Assembly: GCA_963708075.1 (NCBI GenBank)
Contig: OY970194.1
Span: forward strand, 4,544,001-4,608,000
Reading direction: 5' to 3'
DNA length: 64,000 bases
Source of the DNA: Sedimentisphaerales bacterium
Lineage (GTDB): Bacteria > Planctomycetota > Phycisphaerae > Sedimentisphaerales > Anaerobacaceae
Position numbers and translations under genes: made by a program. The notes under the pieces were generated by a model. That model did not search any database. It was given only the letters and a program-made list of their open reading frames with translations, and had not been told where the DNA came from. Positions 20,627 to 30,750 of this stretch are shown piece after piece; within the stretch, counting starts at the first letter, position 1, and every line of letters starts with the position of its first letter.

Positions 20627-21926
20627 ATATCTCCTTCAGCCCCCAAGCGGGCCTGCAATCGTGACCGACTTTGGGCAGACACCAGGCCCGTGGGCGCCTG
20701 CTCCCCCAATGGGTCGTTGTGACCAACACGTTCGATGATGTTGACGATTTGTGTGACGCTTCTGTGCCGTCCTAAGTGCCTGCGGTAGTAGTCTCTCGCC
20801 CGGCACCCCATCTCCAGGCGCAAGGGGGCATTCATGGCAAGCCATCGCAGCGCCTCGGCCACCGCGCGGATGTCGCCGGAGGCAATGATGAAGCCGGAGG
20901 CGCTTTTCCGAAGAATCCTTGCGACGTCGCAGTCCTCCGGGCCGATGAAGACCGTCGGCCGGCCCACGGCGAGCGTGCCGTAGATCTTGCTGGGCACAAG
21001 GAGGCCCTCCGTGGACGGCTTCTGCGTGACAATGTGAATGTCGCCGCCGGCGAGCAACCCCGAGAGCTGATCCAGAGGCACGGGCGGCCGCAGCTCGACG
21101 TTATCGAGTCTCAGCTCGCCGATAAGCTGTCGGACACTCTCTATTCCCCTGCCGGCCCCGACGAGAAGCAGCCGCAAGGCCACCTCCCCATGCAACGCAT
21201 GCACAGCACGCAGGATCGTGTCAAGCTCGTGACCGAAACCGAAGTTGCCTGAATAGAGCAATGTGATCATAATGCACGCGAACGGACGTCACAGCCTATG
21301 TGATGGCGGGTCCCGCCGAATCGATTCTCTCACGCGGCACCCAGTTGTGGATGACCGCGATTGCGTCGCGCGGCGCGTCCCGCTTCGACGAGGCGCTGGG
21401 CCATAACGTCGCCCAGTGAGATGATCGCCCCGGACCTTCGGTATACTCGTTGGCTGAGCCTCGCCAGGACCGCGCGAAGAAGGCTCCTCTTTCCAAGCAC
21501 GCCAAACGCGACGGCGATCTCGGGATACAAGTCCATCGTCCACACCACCATTCGGGTCCCACGCAGCGCATGGAGCAGCAAACCAACGAGAGCGATCAAC
21601 GGCGGGGTCGTCAACGCCACACATACGTCCATCGTTGGCAGAGTGAACGCCCTGTGCAGCGCGAGGACATAGAACGACACGTAGTCGAAGAGGCGTCCAA
21701 CCATCCTCCTTCGACCGAAGCCCGTCGCCCCTACGCGGTGGACATGCACGCCGTTGAAGAGGTCCTCGCATGCCAGGGCCGCACGGCCGCCATTGTAGGC
21801 GCGCCGGCTGCATACCACGTGCACGTCGTGTCCCCGGCACGACAATTCCTCCGCCACATCCGCCAGGAGCTGGCCGGTCGCCGCCACATCCGGCACGTAG
21901 AACTGATTGATGAACAGCACTCGCAT
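20623..21926 (-). CDS. GT4 glycosyltransferase (WcaI-like), split/frameshifted
   Basis: MRVLFINQFYVPDVAATGQLL, MDLYPEIAV, IHNW in the N-half (shift near 21370, TAG at 21296); YSGNFGFGH, VPSKIYGTLAVGRP in the C-half 20623..21270. Confidence 0.8.
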
Positions 21927-21989
21927 ACATCCCCCAATCTGCCGGTGTCGCTGAATACTCAGACCAAGGATCTTCGACCCCGGGCTGGC

Positions 21990-22180
21990 ACGACCGATTT
22001 GCTGCCCGGACAGTTCCTCCGTCCTCATTACCACCTGGTTCGTGCTATACTGCGTCCAGTCACAGGTCAGGAGCCCCCTGGATACATGGTCCACCCGGGT
22101 CTCGAACAGCCACTGCACATCGAGTCCCCGACTGAGAATCAAGTCGCAGATCCGTCCCACCCGCTCGCGGCTGGCGGTGC
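21990..22180 (-). pseudogene. Internally deleted remnant of a B12-binding radical SAM gene
   Basis: ERVGRICDLILSRGLDVQWLFETRVDHV (core barrel) joined directly to GLL-TCDWTQYSTNQVVMRTEELS (C-terminal part); no CxxxCxxC motif, no start. Confidence 0.6.
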
Positions 22181-22213
22181 ATCGGTGCTTCCTGAGAGTA
22201 CCTCGGCGCCGCT

Positions 22214-23044
22214 CTACAAGGCCAGTCCCTTCTCCCTCCGCTTGAGTTCCTTGACTTTGAGATCGACCATATATTCGAAGATGGCACGCAAACGACAGTA
22301 GGTCAGCCCGGGCAGTCCGTCGAGCAGGCCCAACCGGAGGAAGTACAGGTAGCCGAAGACGAGGGTGGGCCGCAGAGGCATTCGGTAGGCGAGGCTCTTC
22401 ATCGCCTTTCGCCGCTGCGCCGGGTCCGGAGAAACCAATCCTCGCCACTCCATGGATTCTTCCACCGTCCGGATCAGCTCCCGGGCCTCGTCCGAGGAGT
22501 ACAGGTTGTGCTTGGCGAACCACTCGGCCAGCCCCTTGTTGAAGCTATAGTGCTCGAAATGGCCGTAGAGCCTGCTCTCAGGACCATCCACGACGGCAAT
22601 CGGATTGACGAGCCGCTCCCAGTGCACCTTGTCCGGCCGGAAGAACCGCAGGACCCAGGTGGGATACAGGCTGGAGTGCCGGATCCAGCGCCCCATGAAG
22701 ATGTTCCTGAAGCGGATGCGATAGGCGACCGGCCCCTCTGTGCCGTTGCCGGCAATCGACCGCAGCTCCTCGGCAAGCTCCGGCGTGACACTCTCGTCGG
22801 CATCGGAGTAGTAGACCCATGGGTGCTTGAACTCGATGTTGCGGACCGCCCAGTTCTGGTGGCACGACCAGTTATCGAACCTGCGCTGCACCACCCTGGC
22901 GCCGGCGGCTTCGGCGATCTCCACCGTACGATCCGTGCTGAAGGAATCCAGCACGACCACGTCGTCCGACCAGGACACGCTCGCCAGACACCTCGGCAGG
23001 TTGATTTCCTCATTGAGGGTGAGGATCAAGACGGATGGACACAT
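22214..23044 (-). CDS. GT2 glycosyltransferase
   Basis: SVLILTLNEEINLPRCL, DSFSTDRT, DADE motif, HYSFNKG. Confidence 0.93.
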   Translation of the reverse strand: MCPSVLILTLNEEINLPRCLASVSWSDDVVVLDSFSTDRTVEIAEAAGARVVQRRFDNWSCHQNWAVRNIEFKHPWVYYSDADESVTPELAEELRSIAGNGTEGPVAYRIRFRNIFMGRWIRHSSLYPTWVLRFFRPDKVHWERLVNPIAVVDGPESRLYGHFEHYSFNKGLAEWFAKHNLYSSDEARELIRTVEESMEWRGLVSPDPAQRRKAMKSLAYRMPLRPTLVFGYLYFLRLGLLDGLPGLTYCRLRAIFEYMVDLKVKELKRREKGLAL

Positions 23045-23065
23045 AGGCTATCCACGCAACCGTGA

Positions 23066-24772
23066 CTATGGCTTGGCCAGCAGCTTATTGCCAAGCACCA
23101 GCCGGCGCAGTCCGGACCGGGCAAACACGTCCACGGCATCTCGTGCACTACTGACCAATGGCTCACCGTGCAGATTGTAGGAGGTATTCAGCAAGGCTCC
23201 CCGGCCGGTCAACTCGCGAAATGAGGAAAGCAGGCGATGGTACTCCGGACTGGCCTCCCGGCGGACGACCTGCGGCCGGACGGTGTGATCCTGCGGATGG
23301 ATCCCGGCCGCAATCTGCCGCCAGTTTTCCGTGCAATCGAACGTGACGATCATGTAGGGAGCCGGCATGCCCTTCGGGTTCCTGATATACCGGGATTCCT
23401 CCTCCGCGAGAATGGACGAGGCGAATGGCATCCAGAAATCCCGCTGTTTGATCGCCCTGTTGATGGTCTGCACGACGCCCGGGACGGAAGGATCGGCAAG
23501 GATGGAACGATTCCCGAGTGCCCGGGCCCCGAATTCCTCCCGGCCCCAGACTCTAGCCACGATGTGTCCCTGGCTCAGCAGCTCGGCAGTGACTCGCAGG
23601 ATATCCGGCGGGGTCGAAACTCGCAGCTCACAGGCCCCGCCAAGCTCCCGGATGGCTCCCTCCACTGCCGCATCCTCGATCGTCGGGCCATAGTACAACG
23701 AGCCGAAGCCCTCGCAAGCCTCCTTCGACAACTCCGAATGCGCCAGGAACGCCGCCCCGAATGCGTTTGTCTCATCGCCGCAGGATGGGACCACATACAG
23801 GCTCTCCACGCAAGGCAGTTCCAGAATCCTCTGGTTGGCCTTGACGTTCATGAAGACGCCCCCCGAGAGCATCACGTGAGAAATCCCGGTGGCCTGGACG
23901 CAGTGCTTGACCCAATCGACCAGCACCTCTTCGAGAAACTGCTGGACAGCAGCGGCGACATGATCGAACCGCTTGCACTCGAAGATCTTCGCCAGCCAGT
24001 GATAACAACTGAAGAATGACGGCGCCGAACTGCTGCGCTCGTAGGTCAGCCGGGGACATCCATCGGTGGCCACCCACGCGAGCAACTCTCGCCTTATCGC
24101 CTCCGCCTGTCTGCCCGTCCCATACGGGGCGAGACCCATGACCTTGTATTCGTGCTCGTTGGGCAGCATGCCCAGAAGCACGGTAGTTGTCGTGTAGAGC
24201 ATGCCAATGGAATCGGCCTCCGGGATGGTCGCCAATCTCCGCAGAGCACCGTTCTCTCCCACGTAGACGGAACCAGACAAGCCGTCACCCGCGGCGTCGC
24301 TGGTGAGGACCAGCGAGCGCTGCCGGCTGCGGCCGGCGCCCCAGAATGCCGTTGCGGCGTGGCACAGGTGATGATCGTAGAACCGGGTCTTGGCCCGTGG
24401 GATGCCGAGCTTCTCAATATGCCGTCGGCGGCACATCTGGCGATAACCATACACCGGCCCGGCAAGCGGCGTGCTGCGGACATACGAGCGCAAGCGCGAT
24501 GCAAGGGAGCCGTCCCGCCTGGAGTAACCCGACACGTCCTCCTCGGACGAGCCCGGCATCGTGACAGGCCGTGTCGAAGCAACCGCAAACACGTCCACCG
24601 CATCCAGCTCCGCGCCGATGAATTGCAGCCCCTTACGCAGGGCATGGATGGGGAATCCCGGCTGGTTCTTCCTGCGCGTGAATCGCTCCTCCTGCCACGC
24701 GAAGACGATCCGGCCGTCCCGCAGCAGGACCACAGAGGCATTATGACCATCGTTGATGCCGGCAATCAGCAT
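23066..24772 (-). CDS. O-carbamoyltransferase (NodU/CmcH/TobZ family)
   Basis: GINDGHNAS, EERFTRRK, DHHLCHAA, EYKVMGLAPYG, SGGVFMNVKAN, EFGARALGNRSILADP, LNTSYNLHGEPLV. Confidence 0.95.
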   Translation of the reverse strand: MLIAGINDGHNASVVLLRDGRIVFAWQEERFTRRKNQPGFPIHALRKGLQFIGAELDAVDVFAVASTRPVTMPGSSEEDVSGYSRRDGSLASRLRSYVRSTPLAGPVYGYRQMCRRRHIEKLGIPRAKTRFYDHHLCHAATAFWGAGRSRQRSLVLTSDAAGDGLSGSVYVGENGALRRLATIPEADSIGMLYTTTTVLLGMLPNEHEYKVMGLAPYGTGRQAEAIRRELLAWVATDGCPRLTYERSSSAPSFFSCYHWLAKIFECKRFDHVAAAVQQFLEEVLVDWVKHCVQATGISHVMLSGGVFMNVKANQRILELPCVESLYVVPSCGDETNAFGAAFLAHSELSKEACEGFGSLYYGPTIEDAAVEGAIRELGGACELRVSTPPDILRVTAELLSQGHIVARVWGREEFGARALGNRSILADPSVPGVVQTINRAIKQRDFWMPFASSILAEEESRYIRNPKGMPAPYMIVTFDCTENWRQIAAGIHPQDHTVRPQVVRREASPEYHRLLSSFRELTGRGALLNTSYNLHGEPLVSSARDAVDVFARSGLRRLVLGNKLLAKP

Positions 24773-24782
24773 GTCATTTATG

Positions 24783-25037
24783 GAGTGGAGTTCTGCAAAA
24801 TGGAAGTTGGGCTTATTATTCAAGGACATCAGCTTTGGGATTTCCTTGAATCGACAAGTGGTTCGTGCGCGTTGTGCACCCCGCGCGGGTCTGTTGTGCC
24901 GCGTGTAGCAAGGCAATCTCCAGTCGCTTCCCAGGGTACGTATCATGCACTTTGGCGTCTGTTGTTGAAGAAGGAAAAATGAAAAGCGTATTTTTCCTTC
25001 CCCAAGTAAGCCCAACTTCCATTTTGCAGAACTCCAC
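24783..25037. mobile_element. MITE-like non-autonomous element
   Basis: Perfect 32-bp inverted repeats AGTGGAGTTCTGCAAAATGGAAGTTGGGCTTA (24784-24815 / 25007-25038), flanking TTATG direct repeats (24778-24782, 25038-25042), no transposase. Confidence 0.8.
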
Positions 25038-25595
25038 TTATGAACTCCGAAGGACGCGCCTTTTGATCGGGCGAGCGGGATTACCGCCTACGACAGTCCA
25101 GGGCTCGACATCCTTGAAGACGCTGGCCCGCGCCCCTACCACCGCCCCCTGCCCCACCGTCACGCCGGGGGCGATGAACGCGTCGGCACAGATCCAGGCC
25201 TGGTCCTTGATCTCGACAGGAACGAGCACTTGGGACATGTGCGGATGCTCGTAATCATGGGTCGAGGAGCAAAGATGAGAGTACTGGGAGATCGTGGAAT
25301 GCCCACCGATACGCACGCCGCCGATGTTGTAGCAGATCACGTGCTCGCCGAGAGAGCTGTAGTCACCCATCTCCAGTTTCCACGGCATGGTGATCCTGCA
25401 GGATGGCTGCAGCGCCACTCCTCGCCCGATCTTCGCTCCGAATCGTCTCAGAAGGAATCGCCGCCACCCGTGACAGAGACGTGGACTGGGCCGGAACAGA
25501 CACAGCCACGCCACGCCCCACAGAACCCGCGCAACCTTGTTCCAGATCGAGAACGGGCTTGAGCAACGACTGATATCGACCTTTGTCGCTTCCAA
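25038..25595 (-). CDS. WcaF-like hexapeptide-repeat acetyltransferase
   Basis: LFRPSPRLCHGWRRFLLRRFGAKIG, PWKLEMGD, ISQYSHLCSSTHDY, VVGGNPARPIKRR. Confidence 0.92.
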   Translation of the reverse strand: MEATKVDISRCSSPFSIWNKVARVLWGVAWLCLFRPSPRLCHGWRRFLLRRFGAKIGRGVALQPSCRITMPWKLEMGDYSSLGEHVICYNIGGVRIGGHSTISQYSHLCSSTHDYEHPHMSQVLVPVEIKDQAWICADAFIAPGVTVGQGAVVGARASVFKDVEPWTVVGGNPARPIKRRVLRSS

Positions 25596-26759
25596 TCAAT
25601 TCAACCTGACACAATCGGGGAGCGGGCCGCCCTCCAGCAGCCATCGGTAGACGCTCATCATCCGGGCCGCCACCGTCGGCCATGAGAATGTGCCCTCGAC
25701 AAGGGCCCGGCCCCTGTTGCCCATCGTCTGAAGCTCCTCACAATCCATCGCAAACAACCTCTGCAGGCCCTGTGCGATCGACTCAGGGTGCGGCCTGACT
25801 TCCAGGGCCGCCCCGGCCTCGAACCCTTCGGGGATGTTGCACTCGGTTGTCATCATCACGGGCAGACGATGCGCCCACGCCTCCAGCACGGCCATGGGAA
25901 GACCTTCGCTGTACGACGGCAGTACAAACGCATCCGCCTGCGCCAGTGCCACCTCCTTATCGCTATCCAGCAGCGGTCCCGTGAAAGAGACATCCCGCTC
26001 GAGCGCAAGATCGCGCACCATGCGTTTGAGCTTTCCTTCATGTCCGAATTGGTCATTGCCTGCAATGGCAAGGCGCCAACCTCCATTCGGCGCTTTCAGC
26101 GCGGCCCAGGCTCTTACCAGGTTCGCCAATCCCTTCTTCTCGTGGATTCTTCCCATGAAAAGCAGGGTCTTGCGGACCTCGTCCGTCCGTGCCCAGGCTG
26201 CGGAGGATTTCGCCTCTTCGGTATCGTCCGGTAGAGCGACGCCGTTAGGTATGACACAAACAGGATTCCTCAATCCGTATCGCCGGATGCTGCGGTACTC
26301 CGATTCACACAGGGCATGGATGCACGCCGCCCGATGCAGGGTCTTGTTGGTGAACAGCCGGCCTGCGAGTCTCTTCTTCCACGCCGAATTGCGAAGCGCC
26401 CATGCGTCCAGCATTCCATGCGGAGAGACGAGCAGGGGCACGCCGGTCTCTTCTGCCGCCCGTCGGGCCGCTATGTCCGGGTACATCCAAAGCCCGTGGT
26501 TATGGATCACATCACACGACATTCGCCGCACGGCCTTGCTCAGAGCCGGCGAGTATCCGAACCGTCTGGGACCATGCCAGCCAAAAACCCGCGGCCCCGG
26601 AGGCCACCAGGCTTTCTTGTCCGCCTCGGTGAACTCATCCCTGATAGAGAGCACACTGACATCGCAATCTTTGCGAAGCTGTTCGCAGAGACCCCGTACG
26701 CTCACCCCAACGCCCGCGGCGCATCTGGAGATAGACGCAATAACCATGGCAACGTGCAT
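25596..26759 (-). CDS. GT4 glycosyltransferase
   Basis: HNHGLWMYP, SPHGMLDAWAL, GRIHEKKGL, LPSYSEGLPMAVLEAWA. Confidence 0.93.
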   Translation of the reverse strand: MHVAMVIASISRCAAGVGVSVRGLCEQLRKDCDVSVLSIRDEFTEADKKAWWPPGPRVFGWHGPRRFGYSPALSKAVRRMSCDVIHNHGLWMYPDIAARRAAEETGVPLLVSPHGMLDAWALRNSAWKKRLAGRLFTNKTLHRAACIHALCESEYRSIRRYGLRNPVCVIPNGVALPDDTEEAKSSAAWARTDEVRKTLLFMGRIHEKKGLANLVRAWAALKAPNGGWRLAIAGNDQFGHEGKLKRMVRDLALERDVSFTGPLLDSDKEVALAQADAFVLPSYSEGLPMAVLEAWAHRLPVMMTTECNIPEGFEAGAALEVRPHPESIAQGLQRLFAMDCEELQTMGNRGRALVEGTFSWPTVAARMMSVYRWLLEGGPLPDCVRLN

Positions 26760-26782
26760 CGCTTCCCTGCGAACCTATTCGA

Positions 26783-28099
26783 TCATCTACATTCGGGCAG
26801 CACAGTTTGGGCGCGCGCGTCCATGCCACTCGTTTGAGGCTCAGGTGCGGGCACGAATTGCGCCGCCGTCGCATAGAGCATGACGGGAATCCAGAAAAAC
26901 AGCATGTGGACCCACGGCCGCACAAACCAGGTCGTGCTGTGCGTGATGGCATGCAAGGCTTGCGTCATCATGAAAACGTAGATCGCCTGTGCCATCATGC
27001 TTCCGCCCACGGCACGCAGGTAGAGCCACTGCATCACGTAACCGATCACGAAGAACTCCAGACACCCCACGTACCAGAACGAGCCGAAGCAATCCACCAT
27101 GCCGGTGAGCGTCGTCCCCGGCGATGGCGTGAAGCCGTACTCCTTCTGGGCGATCTCGATGAGATTGACCGTAGGGGCATAAAGGGACTCCTTCCGGGCG
27201 GCGCCAAAGACCTGGGCCGGAACGTAATCGGATACAAGGCAGTTCCAATGATAGAGCCCGAAGTCAAGCGCTTTGCGCATGGCGCCGGCGGCCATCAGGT
27301 AGACTCCGCTGAGGGTTTCCGAGCTTCCATCGGCCGTCGCCTTGCGGAATTCATCGAGGACATTTACCTCTTTCAGGCGCGACCAGTCCCGCTCACCGGT
27401 CGTGGAGACGACGACCGCTCGATAGACTCCCGTGCTCGCCATGCCCAGCGCGGCGACCACGATCGCCGACAGCGTCACGGCTCGCGGCAGCCGTCTGCCC
27501 CGCGCGAACCAGACAGCGCCCGCGATGACGAAGGCAAACTCCATCGTGTCCAGGCGGCGTCCGAAAAAGACGATGCGGTCCAGGTAATACGCGCCCGCCA
27601 GACAGGACAGATATAGAGAGTACCTGTTGCCCGTATAGAGGAAGTGCATCAGCGCCATGACGAAGCCGTATCGGAGCAGACAGACGAAGAAGGACAACGC
27701 CGTGGGCAGCCCGGTGCTCATGTCGAATTCCGCCTGGAACAGGGCACGGCTCTTGAGATAGGCCAGGCCGCCGACGAGGATCAGCAGGGCCGAGCCGAGT
27801 AACCACCTTCCCGAGTCGTACAGCACGGATCCCGCTCTCGGCCGGTTGTATCGCCGGGCACATGCATCTCCGAGCCAGCACATGATCAGGCACAAAGCAC
27901 ACATGAACGTGTAGCGTTCGATACCCCACCGCGGCAGATAGGATGCTCGCAGCAGTCCGAACAAGGGCGGGACAATGAACCCCAGAAAGACGGCGGCGGC
28001 CGCGAATGGATACTGGTAGATGCGGCCCGGGTCTCGGATGATTCCCAGAACGATGGCCAGCGCCGGCACAACGAGCACAATCAGCAGCAGTGTAGCCAT
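26783..28099 (-). CDS. Polytopic membrane protein, probable Wzy polysaccharide polymerase
   Basis: Roughly ten hydrophobic segments, GRR motif after a TM, large periplasmic loop, position in a Wzx/Wzc locus. Confidence 0.7.
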   Translation of the reverse strand: MATLLLIVLVVPALAIVLGIIRDPGRIYQYPFAAAAVFLGFIVPPLFGLLRASYLPRWGIERYTFMCALCLIMCWLGDACARRYNRPRAGSVLYDSGRWLLGSALLILVGGLAYLKSRALFQAEFDMSTGLPTALSFFVCLLRYGFVMALMHFLYTGNRYSLYLSCLAGAYYLDRIVFFGRRLDTMEFAFVIAGAVWFARGRRLPRAVTLSAIVVAALGMASTGVYRAVVVSTTGERDWSRLKEVNVLDEFRKATADGSSETLSGVYLMAAGAMRKALDFGLYHWNCLVSDYVPAQVFGAARKESLYAPTVNLIEIAQKEYGFTPSPGTTLTGMVDCFGSFWYVGCLEFFVIGYVMQWLYLRAVGGSMMAQAIYVFMMTQALHAITHSTTWFVRPWVHMLFFWIPVMLYATAAQFVPAPEPQTSGMDARAQTVLPECR

Positions 28100-28155
28100 G
28101 GCAGAAGAATCAGTGGAGCTCGCTCCACCCCCACCCTTTCAAGCTGGAAAAGCAT

Positions 28156-28248
28156 GGGTGGCAGCGGCAAGCGGAGCCTGCGGAGCTTGCCGATGGTGCT
28201 GGGCTGCATCCAAGAGCCATCGGTAAGCTGCGCTTGCCGATGCCACCC
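28156..28248. repeat. REP-like palindrome GGGTGGCAGCGGCAAG...CTTGCCG(A/C)TGCCACCC, copy 1
   Basis: Self-complementary ends; related copies at 32739, 34726, 41478, 48317. Confidence 0.85.
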
Positions 28249-28286
28249 GTGTTGTGGAGTTCTCTCTCGTAATGCGCGGGCCGATG

Positions 28287-29477
28287 TCACCTGGCAAAGA
28301 CCAGGGTCTTCAGGATCAGAGAGCCGAGCCGGCTGCGGACATGGACGGGATCGTGACAGGCCAACTCCGCGGCTCTCCACAGGTTTGCAGCAAACCAGTT
28401 GCAGCCCCAGCCGGAGACGATCTGGCGGCTCATCCGGCCCATGACTTCGAGACCGCCATCCGCCTCGGAGATCGCGAGCATCTTCTCGGCGATGCCTGCG
28501 ACGTCATGGGGATCGAAGGTGAATCCATTCACCCCTTCGCAGACCAGCTCCGGCACGCAGCCGCATACATTGGAGACAAGGACAGGCAATGCGGAGGCCA
28601 TCGCCTCATTGACGGCCAACCCCCACGGCTCGGCGATGCTCGCCTGGATATAGCAACTGGCAAGGCCGTAATAGAGCGGAAGCTCCTCATACTGCCTGAA
28701 TCCAGGCAGAACGACGTGGTCCCGCAGGTTCAGGGCAGACACTTGGCGTTTCACCTGCGGCATCAGCTCGCCGTCGCCTACGATGACCATGTCCCACGGA
28801 CGCTTCGCCCTCCTGCGATACTCGGCGTACGCAGCGATCAATCGGAACAGGTTCTTTCGGGGGATGAACCGGGTCGAGCTGAGGAAGCATCGCTCGGGAA
28901 TGGAGTATTTGCGCCTGTAGCACGCGGCGTTTTCTCGGATCGGGCCGGCTTTGCTCGAAAAATAGTCGTTGTCAATCACATCATAGCCCGTAAAGACTCT
29001 GTCCTGCGACATTCCGAGCTTGCAGATGTACTGCTTTTGTGCTTGCCCGCCGACCAGCGCGGCGGAATAGTATGCCGCCACCTGGCGCTTGATCCACTCG
29101 CGCCAGGCGTGTCTCCTGAAGTCACGTTCCGACGTGTCGGACATCAGGATGCAGGGAACGTCATGCTCATGGCACCAGATCAGGCTCGACAGGGCGCCCT
29201 TGTCGTAGAGCCCCGGGATCGCGACCACGTCCGGCCGGATGACTTCGAGCTTCTTCGTGACTTCTTCATGGACCATCTTGCCCGCAAGCGACTCGGAATC
29301 CGCCGACGGGAAGACGATGTGCTTCTCGAACTCAACGTCGCCCCCGATCCGGGTCCAGGCGTATGTCCGGTCCTCGCCGGACAGCTCCAGCGCAACGACA
29401 GGTCTGACTCTGTTCGCCGCCCTGACACGGGCGTAGTGGTATGGCCCGAAACGATGGAAGATCACGAGCAGGCGCAT
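28287..29477 (-). CDS. GT4 glycosyltransferase
   Basis: FHRFGPYHYAR, YDVIDNDYF, RFIPRKNL, EPWGLAVNEAMASALPV. Confidence 0.93.
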   Translation of the reverse strand: MRLLVIFHRFGPYHYARVRAANRVRPVVALELSGEDRTYAWTRIGGDVEFEKHIVFPSADSESLAGKMVHEEVTKKLEVIRPDVVAIPGLYDKGALSSLIWCHEHDVPCILMSDTSERDFRRHAWREWIKRQVAAYYSAALVGGQAQKQYICKLGMSQDRVFTGYDVIDNDYFSSKAGPIRENAACYRRKYSIPERCFLSSTRFIPRKNLFRLIAAYAEYRRRAKRPWDMVIVGDGELMPQVKRQVSALNLRDHVVLPGFRQYEELPLYYGLASCYIQASIAEPWGLAVNEAMASALPVLVSNVCGCVPELVCEGVNGFTFDPHDVAGIAEKMLAISEADGGLEVMGRMSRQIVSGWGCNWFAANLWRAAELACHDPVHVRSRLGSLILKTLVFAR

Positions 29478-29484
29478 CTCAGCT

Positions 29485-30750
29485 TCATCCTATTGGAACA
29501 GGTTGTGGAGACGCAAGAGGTGGCATCCCTGCCGGCCGCGGTGAAAGACTCGGTCGCAGCAGCCCCAGGACCCCGATCAGCCGATTCTTCCAGGCTTCCA
29601 TGGTGTAGTTGCCCGCCAGCTTTCTGGCGTTGGCCGCCAGGGCATCACGGAAAGCCCGGTCGCAATGGACTTTTTCAATAGCCGCGGCAAGCGCAGCCAC
29701 GTCGCCCGGAGCTACAATGACGCCATCGACGGAATCCCGGATGGCCACCCCGGCACGTCTCGTGGTGATGATCGGACATCCGGCCACGATGGCTTCGATC
29801 ATCACGGACGCAAGGCCCTCCGCGTGCGTGGGCAGGACGAACATGTCGGCGGACAGGAACTCCTCCTGCATCTGCTCGCGCGAGAGGTTGCCGAGAAAGT
29901 ACAGGTTGCGGCACTCCGGCCGGTGGGGAATCGAGGGATCGGTAGCCCCGGCGACACGGAACTCCAGATGCGGGTACTTCGGTTTGAGCAGGTCGGCCGC
30001 CCTCGCCAGATCGGGCAATCCCTTGCGCAGCAGGCAATTGCCGGCAAAGAAGATCCGTCCGGGCGTGGGCACGTTGATATAGCCCCGGTAGCTGATGCTC
30101 GAGCCATAGGGGCAAATCCGTATCTTCCCGGCGTCCTTGGGACTCAGCATCGTCACGCCCTGGGCCACCCACTCCGAGGGACACAATGCGATATCCGCCA
30201 GGTCCAGCGTCTCCTCGATCAGGCTCTCCGCGAACGCAAGGACGCTCGGGTCCATCGGCATCTCCCATCCGGGGTACTTCTGGCACTCGGCGTTCACGAT
30301 GCGATCCATCATCGGATGGGCAAAGACGTCCACGACGATCTTCAACCCGTGCTCCCTGGCATATCGAACGAAGTCCAGGTTCTCGTGGTACATCACGTAC
30401 AGGATGTCCGCATCCGCCGTGCCCCACCGCTGCATCACCCGGGACAGGATTTTGTGCCGCTGGTAGCAGCGAAGAATGGGGTGATCCCGGCGGTGACGGC
30501 GTCCGAAAACCTCGGACCAGAAAACAGCATCTGTGGAAAATATCTTGTTCGCCGGTATGTCCGCGATTTCCCGCCGGGACAATCGCTCGATGGAGCCCCC
30601 GACCCGGGAGCCGAGCCCGCGGCAGAGTCTGCCCAGTGGACTATGCCGCGAGGAGTCGGTGTACAGCCGGGACAGCATGCCCGCTTGTTCGAGAATTCTC
30701 GCCACCGCATATCGATGACGGGCGCCGTGCTGGCAGACAAGCACCTTCAT
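29485..30750 (-). CDS. GT4 glycosyltransferase
   Basis: Start MKVLVCQHGARHRYAV; RKGLPDL; LPTHAEGLASVMIEAIVAGCP. Confidence 0.9.
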   Translation of the reverse strand: MKVLVCQHGARHRYAVARILEQAGMLSRLYTDSSRHSPLGRLCRGLGSRVGGSIERLSRREIADIPANKIFSTDAVFWSEVFGRRHRRDHPILRCYQRHKILSRVMQRWGTADADILYVMYHENLDFVRYAREHGLKIVVDVFAHPMMDRIVNAECQKYPGWEMPMDPSVLAFAESLIEETLDLADIALCPSEWVAQGVTMLSPKDAGKIRICPYGSSISYRGYINVPTPGRIFFAGNCLLRKGLPDLARAADLLKPKYPHLEFRVAGATDPSIPHRPECRNLYFLGNLSREQMQEEFLSADMFVLPTHAEGLASVMIEAIVAGCPIITTRRAGVAIRDSVDGVIVAPGDVAALAAAIEKVHCDRAFRDALAANARKLAGNYTMEAWKNRLIGVLGLLRPSLSPRPAGMPPLASPQPVPIG

